Position numbers and translations under genes: made by a program | Assembly (NCBI GenBank): GCA_019118345.1 | Contig: DWZD01000051.1 | Span: 1,498-65,497, forward strand | Origin: Candidatus Desulfovibrio intestinavium | GTDB taxonomy: Bacteria; Desulfobacterota; Desulfovibrionia; Desulfovibrionales; Desulfovibrionaceae | Direction of reading: 5' to 3' | Length of the DNA stretch: 64,000 nt | Shown: positions 10,502-19,832 of the stretch, piece after piece | Numbering within the stretch: position 1 is the stretch's first letter | Layout: every line of letters starts with the position of its first letter | Notes under the pieces: generated by a model | The model's database searches: none | Seen by the model: the letters and a program-made list of their open reading frames with translations, nothing else | What the model was told of the DNA's origin: nothing

Positions 10502-11461
10502 ATGAAACACACTCGTCTGTTTGCCGCCCTTGGTCTTTTCTGCGGCGCTTCGCTTCTCGGCGGTTGCGTCGGCAGCAGCTCGTCTTCCTCCTCGCTGGAT
10601 CTCGAACAGCGCGTGCAGCAGCAGGATTCCCAGTTGCGCCAGCTCCAGCCCGCGCAGGCGGAAATGTGGAATCAGGTACAGGCCCTGCGGCAGGAGGTCA
10701 ATTCCCTCAAGGGGCAGGTCTATGACCTGCAGCAGGTGGGCGGAGCGCGCGCCGTGGTCGAACGCCTGAACAAGCATGACGCCGCCCTGCGGCAGGTGGA
10801 AACCAGCATGGCGCTCAATCTCAATCTGGGCGATCCCCTGCCCGCCCTGCCGGCGGCTTCGGCCACGCCGCCCGCCGCGTCCGTACCGGCGGCCGCCCCG
10901 GCCGACAGCGGCTGGGGGCAGGCCGCGGCGCAACCGGCCACCAGCGCCGCCACCGGCGAAACCTGGGGGCAGGCCAGCCCTGTGGCCGCGGGAGGCGCGG
11001 CCGCCGCCGGCGCCACGGCTGCCGTGGATCAGAGCAGCACCTGGGGCCAGCCCACGCCGCAGCCGCAGGCCCCGGCCCCGCAGAAGGACGTGTCCATGGC
11101 GCTCTATGACGCCGGGATCAATGCCTTCACCAATCGCAAGTACGACGAGGCCCAGCGTTCCTTTTCCGACTTTGTCAAGAACTACCCCAATCATACCATG
11201 ACCGCCGAGGCCCAGTACCATCTGGCGGAATGCTACTTCCAGCGCAACCAGTTTGCCGATGCGGCCTTGGCTTACGATACGGTCATCACCAAGTACGGCA
11301 ATTCTTCGCGCGCCCCGGGAGCCTATCTCAAGCAGGGCATCTGCTTCAGCAAGATGAAGCAGGCTCCCGCCGCCAAGGCCCGGATGCAGGAACTGATCAA
11401 GAAGTATCCCAATTCCCCCGAAGCAGCCCGCGCCAAGACCTTTCTCAAGACCAACAAGTAA
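10502..11461 (+). CDS. cpoB: Tol-Pal system protein CpoB/YbgF (lipoprotein-type signal, coiled coil, Ala/Pro-rich linker, TPR)
   Basis: MKHTRLFAALGLFCGASLLGGC signal/lipobox, an N-terminal coiled coil (LDLEQRVQQQDSQLRQL...), and a C-terminal YbgF-type TPR (YDAGINAFTNRKYDEAQRSF...YPNS..AAEAQYHLAECY). GAGGTG RBS. Confidence 0.8.
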   Translation: MKHTRLFAALGLFCGASLLGGCVGSSSSSSSLDLEQRVQQQDSQLRQLQPAQAEMWNQVQALRQEVNSLKGQVYDLQQVGGARAVVERLNKHDAALRQVETSMALNLNLGDPLPALPAASATPPAASVPAAAPADSGWGQAAAQPATSAATGETWGQASPVAAGGAAAAGATAAVDQSSTWGQPTPQPQAPAPQKDVSMALYDAGINAFTNRKYDEAQRSFSDFVKNYPNHTMTAEAQYHLAECYFQRNQFADAALAYDTVITKYGNSSRAPGAYLKQGICFSKMKQAPAAKARMQELIKKYPNSPEAARAKTFLKTNK

Positions 11462-11478
11462 CGCCGTCGGAGCCTGAC

Positions 11479-12114
11479 ATGAGCGGAGCAGAGCATCAAA
11501 GCGTGTACCGTCAGCTCAATGACGATATGCGCGAGGGACTCAAGCGCATCTACCAGCAGATTTCGGAAGCCACCAGCGGTCAGATGCTGGGCTGCGACGA
11601 GGCGGATCATTTGTTCAACGAAGCCTCGGATCAGCTGCGCGAGGTGATGGAAGCCACGGAAAAGGCCACCATGAGCATCCTTGAGGTGGTGGAAAAACAG
11701 CTGGAGCGGCAGGAGGAATCCGCCGAGATCCTTGCCGCCGTGGCCAACGGCACCGCCACGCCCGGCCAGGTGGAGCGCCTCAGGGCCATCAACAACGGCC
11801 TCGGCGACGACCTGACCACCGTGCTCACCACCCTGAGCTTTCAGGACATTACCGGCCAGCGCATCCGGAAGGTGGTGCAGGCCCTCAACCGCATCGAAGG
11901 CACGGTGGTGGAACTCTACGTCTCCTCCGGCCTCTTTCTGGACGGCGCGGAAAAGAATCCCACCAAGGACGCGCAGGAATTGCGCGACGAAGTCAGCCGG
12001 GCCGTGGAGGACTTCCGCCAGAGCCGCACCGAGCACAGCCAGCTCAAGGGGCCGAGCAGCGACGGCTGCTCCCAGAACGCCATTGACGACATGCTGGCCC
12101 AGCTCGGCCTGTAA
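11479..12114 (+). CDS. cheZ: CheZ-like chemotaxis protein phosphatase
   Basis: 211 aa. Contains SFQDITGQRIRKVV, equivalent to the catalytic FQDLTGQ (Asp/Gln) motif of CheZ. GGAG RBS. The ORF-track start at 11230 overlaps cpoB and is rejected. Confidence 0.75.
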   Translation: MSGAEHQSVYRQLNDDMREGLKRIYQQISEATSGQMLGCDEADHLFNEASDQLREVMEATEKATMSILEVVEKQLERQEESAEILAAVANGTATPGQVERLRAINNGLGDDLTTVLTTLSFQDITGQRIRKVVQALNRIEGTVVELYVSSGLFLDGAEKNPTKDAQELRDEVSRAVEDFRQSRTEHSQLKGPSSDGCSQNAIDDMLAQLGL

Positions 12115-12190
12115 GCCCCGCATGGCCTGAACGATGTTGTCGGCTCACGGGAGATCTTGCCCGCCGTACCCGTGACGCCTGACGCACCCA

Positions 12191-12219
12191 AAAAGCCGCC
12201 GGTTTTCCGGCGGCTTTTT
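12191..12219 (+). terminator. Rho-independent terminator after cheZ
   Basis: AAAA-GCCGCCGG-tttt-CCGGCGGC-TTTTT. Perfect 8-bp GC stem plus T-run, and A-run upstream, so potentially bidirectional. Confidence 0.85.
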
Positions 12220-12397
12220 GGGTGGCCCTCCGCTGCGGCCCTGCCGCCGGGGGGCGAAAGCCCGTGACAAGGCGAGGCATCTCAACTAGTATGCGTCTCA
12301 CACATCACGCTCCCGACAGGAGACCGGGCAGGCGCTTCGCGCCGCCGATGCTTACGGGAGCGTCGCCCGTCACCGCTTTTTGAAAAAGGAACACCGT

Positions 12398-12676
12398 ATG
12401 CGCAAGCCCTTTCTTATTGCCGCCGCTGCCCTTGTTCTGTCCGCCCTGCTTGCCTGCCCGTCCCAGGCCGCCTGCACGGAAGAAGAAGCCAATCAGAAAG
12501 CCGCCGCCCTCATGCAGGCGATGTATGAACTTTCCCAAAAGGATCCGGAAAAATACGAAGCGCTCAGCAGTGAGTTTGATCAGGAGATGCAGCGGCTGGA
12601 GGCGCAGAACAAGGGTAACGACATGCAAGCCATATGCACCTTCGCCGACAAGGTGCTGCGACGCATCAAGAAGTAA
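12398..12676 (+). CDS. Small secreted protein of unknown function
   Basis: AAGGAA RBS. MRKPFLIAAAALVLSALLACPSQAA signal peptide followed by a helical, charged ~65-aa domain. No family recognised. Confidence 0.6.
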   Translation: MRKPFLIAAAALVLSALLACPSQAACTEEEANQKAAALMQAMYELSQKDPEKYEALSSEFDQEMQRLEAQNKGNDMQAICTFADKVLRRIKK

Positions 12677-12920
12677 TTGCCGCCGTTCCCGCCTTGCGTT
12701 CGCCCGCCGGGCAACGGCATCCCGGCCCGCCGCCGCTTCCGGCAGGGCGGCGGGCAAGGCTGCATTGTCCCTGCGCAGCCGGGCCGCGTCACGCGCCGCG
12801 CCCCTCTTCAGTCATGGCGAGAGACGGTGACGGTCAGGGGAGCCTTCGCCACGGGCCGCGCGACCGATATTGCCCGGAAAGCCGGCGGCCCTCAGGACAG
12901 GCGGCAGGCCGGGCCAGTCC

Positions 12921-13421
12921 CTAAAAGCGCAGCGCGTGTCCGGCCCAACGCTGGGCCTGATGCAGCACATCCTCGAAGCGCGGCCCCAGAAAGAGCGCGA
13001 AGCAGCCCAGCATGGCCGCCAGAAAGACGTATTCCCCGATGCTCCCCGTGGAGCACAGACGGAGGGAAAAACGTCGCTTGCGGCTGAAGGGCTGCAGGGG
13101 CACGCCGCCGGGGGTGAGCATGTCCAGCAGCACATGACTCAGGCCGCCGAAGCCCAGCCCGAGAACGGCCGCCCGGACATGCGGCGGCACGGGCAGCCAG
13201 GCTGCCAGCAGGAAGATCGCCAGCCACCAGCCGAACCAGTGGGTCACGCCGCGATGGATGCGGTTGAAGGTGCGCTGCGGGTTGCGCGTCAGGCGCGCGG
13301 CGCGCTGATCCAGCATGTCGGGCAGCACCGCGCCCAGACAGGAAGCCAGCACTCCGGCTGGCGGCAAATGCCAGACCAGAGCCAGCCCCACGGCGGCGGT
13401 CTGATGGGTTATCCATTTCAT
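12921..13421 (-). CDS. Membrane-bound metal-dependent hydrolase (YdjM/DUF457 family)
   Basis: MKWITHQTAAVGLAL...LPDMLDQ...HRGVTHW...GGLSHVLLDMLT. His/Asp motifs in TM helices are typical of the YdjM/LexA-regulon inner-membrane hydrolase family. Confidence 0.7.
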   Translation of the reverse strand: MKWITHQTAAVGLALVWHLPPAGVLASCLGAVLPDMLDQRAARLTRNPQRTFNRIHRGVTHWFGWWLAIFLLAAWLPVPPHVRAAVLGLGFGGLSHVLLDMLTPGGVPLQPFSRKRRFSLRLCSTGSIGEYVFLAAMLGCFALFLGPRFEDVLHQAQRWAGHALRF

Positions 13422-13461
13422 GGCAGCCTCGCGTCCGGCTTTCGGACGCCCATCCGTTCAT

Positions 13462-13499
13462 CGCGAAAGGGCAGGGGCCGCCCATGACGCCCCCTGCCC
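13462..13499 (-). terminator. Probable intrinsic terminator downstream of nrdJ
   Basis: Minus-strand RNA: GGGCAGGGGC-gtcatgggc-GGCCCCTGCCC followed by TTTCG. Confidence 0.5.
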
Positions 13500-13548
13500 G
13501 CAAAACATCATCCCTGCCTCCCGGCGGTCGTCCGACCCCGGAAACGCC

Positions 13549-15807
13549 CTAGCCGCAGCGGGAGAAGCCGCAGGCCGGGCAGATCAGGCAGCCTTCCTGA
13601 AAGACCAGTTCCGCGCCGCATTCGGGGCAATGCTGCTGCTCGATGTCCGTGACGCCGGATCCGAGCCGCTCATCCTTGAGGTAGCGCCGTTCCAGCACCC
13701 AGGCAATGGCATCGGGAATGGACAGCAGCAGGCCCTTGCCCCGGAAGACGGGATGTTCGCCGCCGATGCCCTTGATCTGGGCCACGATGTCCCGCACCTC
13801 GATGCCCGAGCGCAGGGCCAGGGACACCAGCCGGCCAATGGCCTCGGCCTTGGCGGTAATGGAGCGCCCGGACTTGCCGATGGTGGCAAAAACCTCGAAG
13901 GGCTTGCCGTCCAGCTCGTTGACCGTCAGATACATGGCCCCGAGGCCGGTCTGCACCTTCTGGGTGAAGCCCTGCACCACATCGGGCCGCTTGCGCACGG
14001 CGGAAACCGGCGCGGGTGCGCTCGCGCCGTCCATCTTTTTCTGCCCCTCGCCGGTGGCCAGCACCTGCAGGGCCTTGCAGCCGTCGCGGTAAACGGTGAC
14101 GCCCTTGCAGCCCTCCTTGAAGGCCAGCCAGTAAATGTCGTAAATGTCCTGTTCGGTGGCGCTGTTGGGCAGATTGACCGTCTTGGATACGGCATTGTCC
14201 GTATGCCGCTGGAAGGCGGCCTGCATGCGCAGATGCCAGACCGGATCGATGTCCATGGCCGTCACGAACACCCGCCGCAGGCTTTCGGGCAGGAAGTCCA
14301 TTTCGCGGATGGAGCCCTTTTCCAGCACATTTTGCATGAGTTCCGCCGAATCCAGTCCGGCGGCCCGCACGGCCTGCTCAAAGTGGGGATTGACCTCCAG
14401 CAGCTTTTCCCCGTCCAGGATGTTGCGGGTAAAGCAAAGGGCAAAGAGCGGCTCCACGCCGGAGGAGCAGCCCGCCAGCAGGGACAGGGTGCCGGTGGGC
14501 GCGATGGTGGTCACCGTGGCATTGCGGTAGGGGCCTTCGCCGCGCCGCGCATAGGCGGATTGCTCCCAGGCCGGGAAGGGGCCGCGCTCGCGCGCCAGCT
14601 CAGCCGAGGCCCTGTGGGCCTCCTCGTTGACAAAGGCCATGATGCGCTCGCCGAGGGCCGTGCCGGCCTCCGAGTCATAGGCAATGCCCAGTTCATAGAG
14701 CAGATCCGCAAAACCCATGACGCCCAGACCGATCTTGCGGTTGCGGCGCACGGTCTCGGCAATGCGCTCCAGCGGGAAGCGCGAGGCGTCAATGACATTG
14801 TCGAGAAAGTGCACGGACAGGTGGATGACCTCGCGCAGGGCGTCCCAGTCGATGCCTTTGGCGGCGGGATCGGCGTCCTCGTTATGGCCGGGCCGGTAGA
14901 AGCAGGACAGATTGATGGAGCCGAGGTTGCAGGCCTCGTAGGGCAGGAGCGGCTGTTCGCCGCAGGGATTGGTGGATTCGATGTCCCCCTGCTCAGGCGT
15001 GGGATTGTCCCGGTTGATGCGATCCAGAAAAATGATGCCCGGATCGCCCGACTGCCAGGCCTTCTTGACCAGCAGATCGAAGATCTCGCGGGCGCGCAGG
15101 CGCTTGACCGCCTCGCCGTTCTGCGGCTGGATCAGGTCGTATTCGGCATCCTGCTCCACGGCCTGCATGAAGGCTTCCGTCAGGCCCACGGACAGGTTGA
15201 AGTTGTTGAACTCGCCGTCCTTTTCCTTGGCGCGGATGAACTCCACGATGTCGGGATGATCCACGCGCAAAATGCCCATGTTGGCCCCGCGCCGCGTGCC
15301 GCCCTGCTTGACCTGCTCGGTGGCCGTATTGAAAATGCGCAGGAAGGATACCGGCCCGGACGCCACGCCGCCCGTGGAACCCACCCGGCTGGCCTTGGGG
15401 CGCAGGCGGGAGAAGGAAAAGCCCGTGCCGCCGCCGGATTTGTGGATCATGGCCGCGTACTTGACCGCGTCAAAAATTTCCTCGATGGAGTCGCCCACGG
15501 GCAGCACGAAGCAGGCCGAAAGCTGCCCCAGATCCGTGCCCGCATTCATGAGGGTGGGCGAGTTGGGCAGAAATTTCCACGAGGTCATCAGGTCATAGAA
15601 ACGGCGGGCCAGCGCGGCCTGCGCTTCCCGGGCAACGCCGTAGCGCCCGTCCTCGGCGGCGATGGCCGCAGCCACGCGCCAGAACAGGTCGCGCGGCTCC
15701 TCGACCAGCTGCCCCTCAGGATCCTTGCGCAGATAGCGCTTTTTCAGCACGACTTCGATATTGGGCGTAAGCTGCGGATGCGGCAGCTCAGAAGGCATGG
15801 GGATCAT
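13549..15807 (-). CDS. nrdJ: Adenosylcobalamin-dependent ribonucleotide reductase (class II)
   Basis: Contains ...LMNAGT..., TNPCGEQPLLPYEACNLGSINLS, and a C-terminal Zn ribbon CPECGAELVFQEGCLICPACG. Start placed at ATG 15807 (MIPMPSEL), which has an AGGGAAAG RBS. An in-frame ATG at 15834 is an alternative. Confidence 0.93.
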   Translation of the reverse strand: MIPMPSELPHPQLTPNIEVVLKKRYLRKDPEGQLVEEPRDLFWRVAAAIAAEDGRYGVAREAQAALARRFYDLMTSWKFLPNSPTLMNAGTDLGQLSACFVLPVGDSIEEIFDAVKYAAMIHKSGGGTGFSFSRLRPKASRVGSTGGVASGPVSFLRIFNTATEQVKQGGTRRGANMGILRVDHPDIVEFIRAKEKDGEFNNFNLSVGLTEAFMQAVEQDAEYDLIQPQNGEAVKRLRAREIFDLLVKKAWQSGDPGIIFLDRINRDNPTPEQGDIESTNPCGEQPLLPYEACNLGSINLSCFYRPGHNEDADPAAKGIDWDALREVIHLSVHFLDNVIDASRFPLERIAETVRRNRKIGLGVMGFADLLYELGIAYDSEAGTALGERIMAFVNEEAHRASAELARERGPFPAWEQSAYARRGEGPYRNATVTTIAPTGTLSLLAGCSSGVEPLFALCFTRNILDGEKLLEVNPHFEQAVRAAGLDSAELMQNVLEKGSIREMDFLPESLRRVFVTAMDIDPVWHLRMQAAFQRHTDNAVSKTVNLPNSATEQDIYDIYWLAFKEGCKGVTVYRDGCKALQVLATGEGQKKMDGASAPAPVSAVRKRPDVVQGFTQKVQTGLGAMYLTVNELDGKPFEVFATIGKSGRSITAKAEAIGRLVSLALRSGIEVRDIVAQIKGIGGEHPVFRGKGLLLSIPDAIAWVLERRYLKDERLGSGVTDIEQQHCPECGAELVFQEGCLICPACGFSRCG

Positions 15808-16377
15808 CTGCTTTCCCTTGCGTATGGAGTTCATAAAAAAAAGGCGCGCCGGCGACACAGCCTGACAATGGCAGCCACAACGCACCCTGCCGGCAGCAGG
15901 CTGACCGCCGCACGGAATCCGGCGTGGCCGTATCCGCGGCGAAACGAACCTGCCTGCAGGCGACCAATGCTATAGCCTGTCCCTGCGCTTTTGAAAAGGC
16001 CCGGGGCAGGTATTATTTCTGGCAACAATTTGAAAAAAAAGAAAAATTTTTTTGTCGTAACGCCTCGGGCGCATTCTTGCCGCCGGACGGCCATTGCGGC
16101 GGCGCGGGCCTTCCGCCGCTTCTCCGGTCTCTCAGAGCGGCGGCATCCCCCGGGGCCTGTGATCACGATTTGCCGCTTGTCGGGGGGAGGAAGGGGAAGC
16201 CCACAACTCGCGCGGGAGGGCTTCCCCTTCCCCACGCCCCCATCCCTTCCCCGACGCATTTTTTTCGGGAGAAACGACTGGGACACAAGGCAGCCCCGCT
16301 CCCAACGGCAAGCTGAGCGTGCATGCCTCATGTATCGTATGTATTGCAATGCGTTGCAAAATTTGTCTTGCCAAGCC

Positions 16378-17007
16378 CTAGTGCCGGGCCGTGCGGCGGC
16401 TGCGTATCGCCTCACGCAGCAGCAGGGGAATCAGGGCGCACGCCCAGACAAGACCCAGCTGGTCAGCGAGGCAAAGCGCGGGCCAGTGCAGCCGCGCGGC
16501 CAGCAGCAACAGGGCTGCCAGCGCCATGCCCGTGGCGTAGACCTGTTCTTCCATGAGCCGGGAGGCGTCGCCCAGCAGCATGTCGCGCAGGAGGCTGGTC
16601 AGCCCGGCAATGAGCCAGGCCAGCAGGCAGAGGCCGATTTGCGCCTCATACAGACCGGAAGCCAGTCCCGAATGGACAAGCAAGGCCGTCAGCAGGAAGA
16701 ATCCCAGAGCGTCCAGCGCCGGGAGCAGTCGCTCGGTCCGAAGCCGACCGCCCACCGCCCAACCCGCGAGTCCTCCGGCCAGCATGGCGGCCAGCACAAG
16801 CACAGGATGCACAACAAAGAGATACTGCCCGCTGCGCAGCAAAACATGGCGCAGGCCTTCGGCCAGCAACGGCGTGAGCACGGCCGCCACCAGGGCGGCG
16901 GTACGCCCAGCGCCGCACCAGCGCGCCCTGCCGGCCGCGCCAAGGGCCAGCAGGAACGCGACAGGGAGTTCGCTGAGCAGCAGGATCAGCAGCCAAGGCC
17001 CGTTCAT
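16378..17007 (-). CDS. Trimeric intracellular cation channel / UPF0126 (YadS-YicG) family membrane protein
   Basis: Seven-TM-like 209-aa protein with the two UPF0126 repeats (DALGFFLL...; LLRDMLLGD). Starts 5 nt after the rny stop. Confidence 0.75.
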   Translation of the reverse strand: MNGPWLLILLLSELPVAFLLALGAAGRARWCGAGRTAALVAAVLTPLLAEGLRHVLLRSGQYLFVVHPVLVLAAMLAGGLAGWAVGGRLRTERLLPALDALGFFLLTALLVHSGLASGLYEAQIGLCLLAWLIAGLTSLLRDMLLGDASRLMEEQVYATGMALAALLLLAARLHWPALCLADQLGLVWACALIPLLLREAIRSRRTARH

Positions 17008-17012
17008 GCCGT

Positions 17013-18572
17013 CTACTTGGCAAAGCCCGAGGCCCGGCGCTCACGGATGACGGTCACCCGGATCTGCCCGGGATAGGTCAGATTCTTTTCAATCTTTTCG
17101 GCAATGTCCTTGCAGAGCAGGTAGGTGCTGTCGTCATCCACGCTTTCGGGATTGACCATGACCCGGATCTCGCGCCCGGCCTGAATGGCATAGGCCTTGG
17201 CCACCCCGTCAAAGGAGGTGGCGATGTTTTCCAGATCTTCCAGGCGCTTGACGTAATTTTCCAGCAGTTCCTTGCGCGCGCCGGGCCGCGCCCCGGAAAT
17301 GGAATCCGCCGCCTGCACCAGCACGGCCAGCGCCGTGGAGGGGCGCTGATCCTCGTGGTGGGCGGCAATGGCGTGCACAATGTCCTTGCCTTCATTGTAT
17401 TTCTTGGCAATGTCCGCGCCGATGATGGCGTGCGGGCCTTCGACCTCGTGATCCACGGCCTTGCCGATGTCGTGCAGCAGGCCGGCCCGCTTGGCCTTCT
17501 TGACGTCCATGCCCAGTTCGGCGGCCATCATGCCGCAGAGGGCCGAGACTTCCAGCGAGTGTTGCAGGACATTCTGGGTGAACGAGGTGCGGTAGCGCAG
17601 CTGCCCCAGCAGGCGCACAATCTCGGGATGGATGCCGTGCACCCCGGCGTCGAAGGTGGCCTGTTCGCCCACCTCCCGCACCTGGGTATCCAGTTCCTGT
17701 TCGCATTTCTGGACAATGTCCTCGATGCGGGCGGGGTGGATGCGCCCATCCTGGATGAGCCGCTCCAGGGCCATTTTGGCCACCTGCCGCCGCAGGGGGC
17801 TGTAGGCGGAGAGGATGACGGTCTCGGGCGTGTCGTCAATGATGAGATCCACGCCGGTGGCCGACTCCAGCGCCCGGATATTGCGGCCCTCGCGACCGAT
17901 GATGCGGCCTTTCATGTCCTCGCTGGGCAGGCTGACCGCGGTCACGGTCTGCTCGTTGACGTAATCCCCGGCGTAGCGCTGAATGACGCTGCACAGGATT
18001 TCCTTGGCCTTGCGATCAGCGGTTTCGCGGGCTTCGGTCTCGATCTGGCGGATCATGCGCGCGGACTCGTGGCGCGTGCGGGCCTCAATGTCCGCAAGCA
18101 ACCGTTCGCGCGCTTCATCGGGCGTGAGTCCGGCAATTTCGGACAGGCGCTGCTCCTGTTCCTCAATGCGGGTCTGGAGGTATTCCTCGTTTTCCTCGAG
18201 CTGGCGTTCCTTGCGGGCCAGATTCTTTTCCGTGGCGAGGAGTTCGTGTTCCTTTTCCGTGGCCTTGCCCAGGCGCTCCTCGAGGCGCTCGCCCATTTCC
18301 TCCAGCTTGCGTTCGCGGTTCTTGATCTCGCGTTCGCGCTCCTTGAACTCGTTTTCCTGTTCGCGCTTCTGGTTGTAGAGATCGTTCTGCCCCTGAATGA
18401 GGATTTCCTTTTTCTGGGCCTGCGCTTCCTTGCGGGCTTCCTCCACGATGCGCTTGGCCAGCTCGTCCGCATCGCCGATGCGTTTGGTTGTGGCGCGGCT
18501 CTGCAGCACATAGCCCAGCGCCGCGCCAATGACGAGCGCCAGCACTGTCAGCCCGATGGTCATGATATCCAT
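17013..18572 (-). CDS. rny: Ribonuclease Y
   Basis: N-terminal TM helix [21 protein letters not shown], a long Lys/Glu coiled coil, a KH domain ([15 protein letters not shown]) and an HD domain (HSLEVS...LLHDIGKA). GGGGGA RBS. 519 aa. Confidence 0.95.
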   Translation of the reverse strand: MDIMTIGLTVLALVIGAALGYVLQSRATTKRIGDADELAKRIVEEARKEAQAQKKEILIQGQNDLYNQKREQENEFKEREREIKNRERKLEEMGERLEERLGKATEKEHELLATEKNLARKERQLEENEEYLQTRIEEQEQRLSEIAGLTPDEARERLLADIEARTRHESARMIRQIETEARETADRKAKEILCSVIQRYAGDYVNEQTVTAVSLPSEDMKGRIIGREGRNIRALESATGVDLIIDDTPETVILSAYSPLRRQVAKMALERLIQDGRIHPARIEDIVQKCEQELDTQVREVGEQATFDAGVHGIHPEIVRLLGQLRYRTSFTQNVLQHSLEVSALCGMMAAELGMDVKKAKRAGLLHDIGKAVDHEVEGPHAIIGADIAKKYNEGKDIVHAIAAHHEDQRPSTALAVLVQAADSISGARPGARKELLENYVKRLEDLENIATSFDGVAKAYAIQAGREIRVMVNPESVDDDSTYLLCKDIAEKIEKNLTYPGQIRVTVIRERRASGFAK

Positions 18573-18714
18573 AGATTTTCCCCCGTGCGGCAAAACCGCA
18601 CACACGTCGCGCCACAAGGCGCGGCGGTCATCATATGACCACGGCGGGGGCAGGTAGAGACGCGCCATTGCGGCGCAGGACAGGCACACCCGGCATGTCC
18701 GGGGCAAATGCCCC

Positions 18715-18880
18715 AGAGTGCCGTGTCATGACTTGGGTGCAGAACCTGGTCTCCCAGGTGGGCACCGAGGCGCTCCTTTCAGGCTTCCCTTGCGGGCATG
18801 CTCACCAAGAGCGGGTACGGCTCCCGTTTGTATGCTTGTAAGGTCAGCACCGAGTCATGGATCACGCGCACCCCAGGGGG
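18715..18880 (-). ncRNA. ssrS: 6S RNA
   Basis: Lies immediately downstream of zapA, as in E. coli. The minus-strand RNA has a long interrupted closing stem: 5' CCCCUGGGGUGC..CAUGACUCGGUGCUGACC pairs with 3' GGUUCUGCACCCAAGUCAUG..GCACUCUGGGG. The core CUUGGUGAGCAUGCCCGCAAGGGAAGCCUGAAAG closely matches the E. coli 6S segment GGUUGGUGAGCAUGCUCGG..CCGAGAAGCCUUAAAA as I remember it. Ends are approximate to within about 10 nt. Confidence 0.85.
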
Positions 18881-19162
18881 TTAAAGAGATTCCGACTCTT
18901 CTATTTGCGTAAGCAGGTTCTGAATGCGATTCTGCACATTCGCCTGCTCTTTCTGCGCTTGCAGCAAATCGTCCGCCAGCCCAAGGGCCAAGTACGTCAG
19001 CAGAATATCTTTGGTCTGCGCGCCGTGGGACCTCAGTTTCAATTCGGCGAACCGCTCTTCCACCATGCCGATGACGGTTCGGAACCTTTCCAGATCGGCA
19101 CCCGGTCGGAAAAAGATTTCCGTTCCCAGAACGGTCAGCCTGCTCGCGTTGTCCAGGCTCAT
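18881..19162 (-). CDS. zapA: Cell division protein ZapA
   Basis: The 93-aa product MSLDNASRLTVLGTEIFFRPGADLERFRTVIGMVEERFAELK... matches the typical ZapA pattern (xVxIxGxxYxl.., then a C-terminal coiled coil). GGAG RBS. The ORF-track start at 19240 is rejected. Confidence 0.8.
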   Translation of the reverse strand: MSLDNASRLTVLGTEIFFRPGADLERFRTVIGMVEERFAELKLRSHGAQTKDILLTYLALGLADDLLQAQKEQANVQNRIQNLLTQIEESESL

Positions 19163-19167
19163 GTCAC

Positions 19168-19413
19168 CTACTCCACGCCGCCTTCGGCTTCCACCCGTCT
19201 GAGCAGGGCATCCAGCCGGGCAAGGGCCTCGGCTCGCCACGCTCGTTCGCGGGCCAGAGCTTGCAGCAGCGCATTATTTTCGGCCACAAGAGCCTCATTT
19301 TCCTTCGCAGCGACCGCCATCTCGCTTTGATGCCGCGCACTGTCGGCCTGTGCGGCTTCCAGCCGGCGCAAAAGCTCCGAAATGCGGATTTCTAGCTGCT
19401 CCAGAACATCCAT
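19168..19413 (-). CDS. ZapB-like coiled-coil cell division protein
   Basis: The 81-aa all-coiled-coil protein MDVLEQLEIRISELLRRLEAAQ...ENEALVAENNALLQAL sits directly upstream of zapA. Confidence 0.6.
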   Translation of the reverse strand: MDVLEQLEIRISELLRRLEAAQADSARHQSEMAVAAKENEALVAENNALLQALARERAWRAEALARLDALLRRVEAEGGVE

Positions 19414-19552
19414 GAAGAAATTTATAGCATTACCGCCCCGCTTAGGCAAGACGCCGGTGCAGGAAAAGCGCGCCCCGGCCTTCGCGGCGGGCGCATCGAC
19501 CCCGCAGGGCCTTCCGGCGGCGCATTGCCGCCGGCCTGCGGGCAAAAAATGG

Positions 19553-19822
19553 TTAGTGGATATAGTTCGGCAAGTTGATCAGCACTTCGCGGGTGAAGGA
19601 AACCACCCGTTCCATGATCCACGGCAGGGCCAGCAGAAGCGCGACGAACATGCTGATAATCTTGGGAATGAAGCTCAGGGTGGTTTCCTGAATCTGGGTG
19701 GCGGCCTGCACGATGCTCACCACCACCCCCACGGCCAGACCCACGGCCAGCATGGGCAGGGCCATCATGAGGCAGAGTTCAATGGCCTGACGGCCAAAGC
19801 CGATCACAAAATCCGTGGTCAT
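19553..19822 (-). CDS. fliQ: Flagellar export apparatus protein FliQ
   Basis: The 89-aa product MTTDFVIGFGRQAIELCLMMALPMLAVGLAVGVVVSIVQAATQIQETTLSFIPK is a canonical FliQ. Confidence 0.93.
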   Translation of the reverse strand: MTTDFVIGFGRQAIELCLMMALPMLAVGLAVGVVVSIVQAATQIQETTLSFIPKIISMFVALLLALPWIMERVVSFTREVLINLPNYIH

Positions 19823-19832
19823 GTCGCCTCCG

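Noticed and set aside
10720-11221. Several overlapping ORFs (10283-11221 -, 10776-11201 +, 10720-11016 -) in the middle of cpoB.
   Set aside because: They lie within the Ala/Pro/Gln-rich low-complexity linker of CpoB/YbgF (AAPADSGWGQAAAQPATSAATGETWGQ...). The repetitive GC-rich DNA keeps all frames open. Only the cpoB frame has a signal peptide, coiled coil and TPR.
15808-16060. A possible cobalamin riboswitch or NrdR boxes in the nrdJ leader. The minus strand contains AGGGAC, GGTTCGTTTCGCC and GCCACGCC, reminiscent of B12-element pieces.
   Set aside because: The diagnostic B12 box (GCCACTG within ..CCCGCCACTG..) and the GGTGNNAATCC motif are absent, and the order and spacing do not fit the consensus. 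No 16-bp ACAC-A/T-rich-GTGT NrdR palindrome is seen. I kept only the weaker statement that the leader is long and structured.
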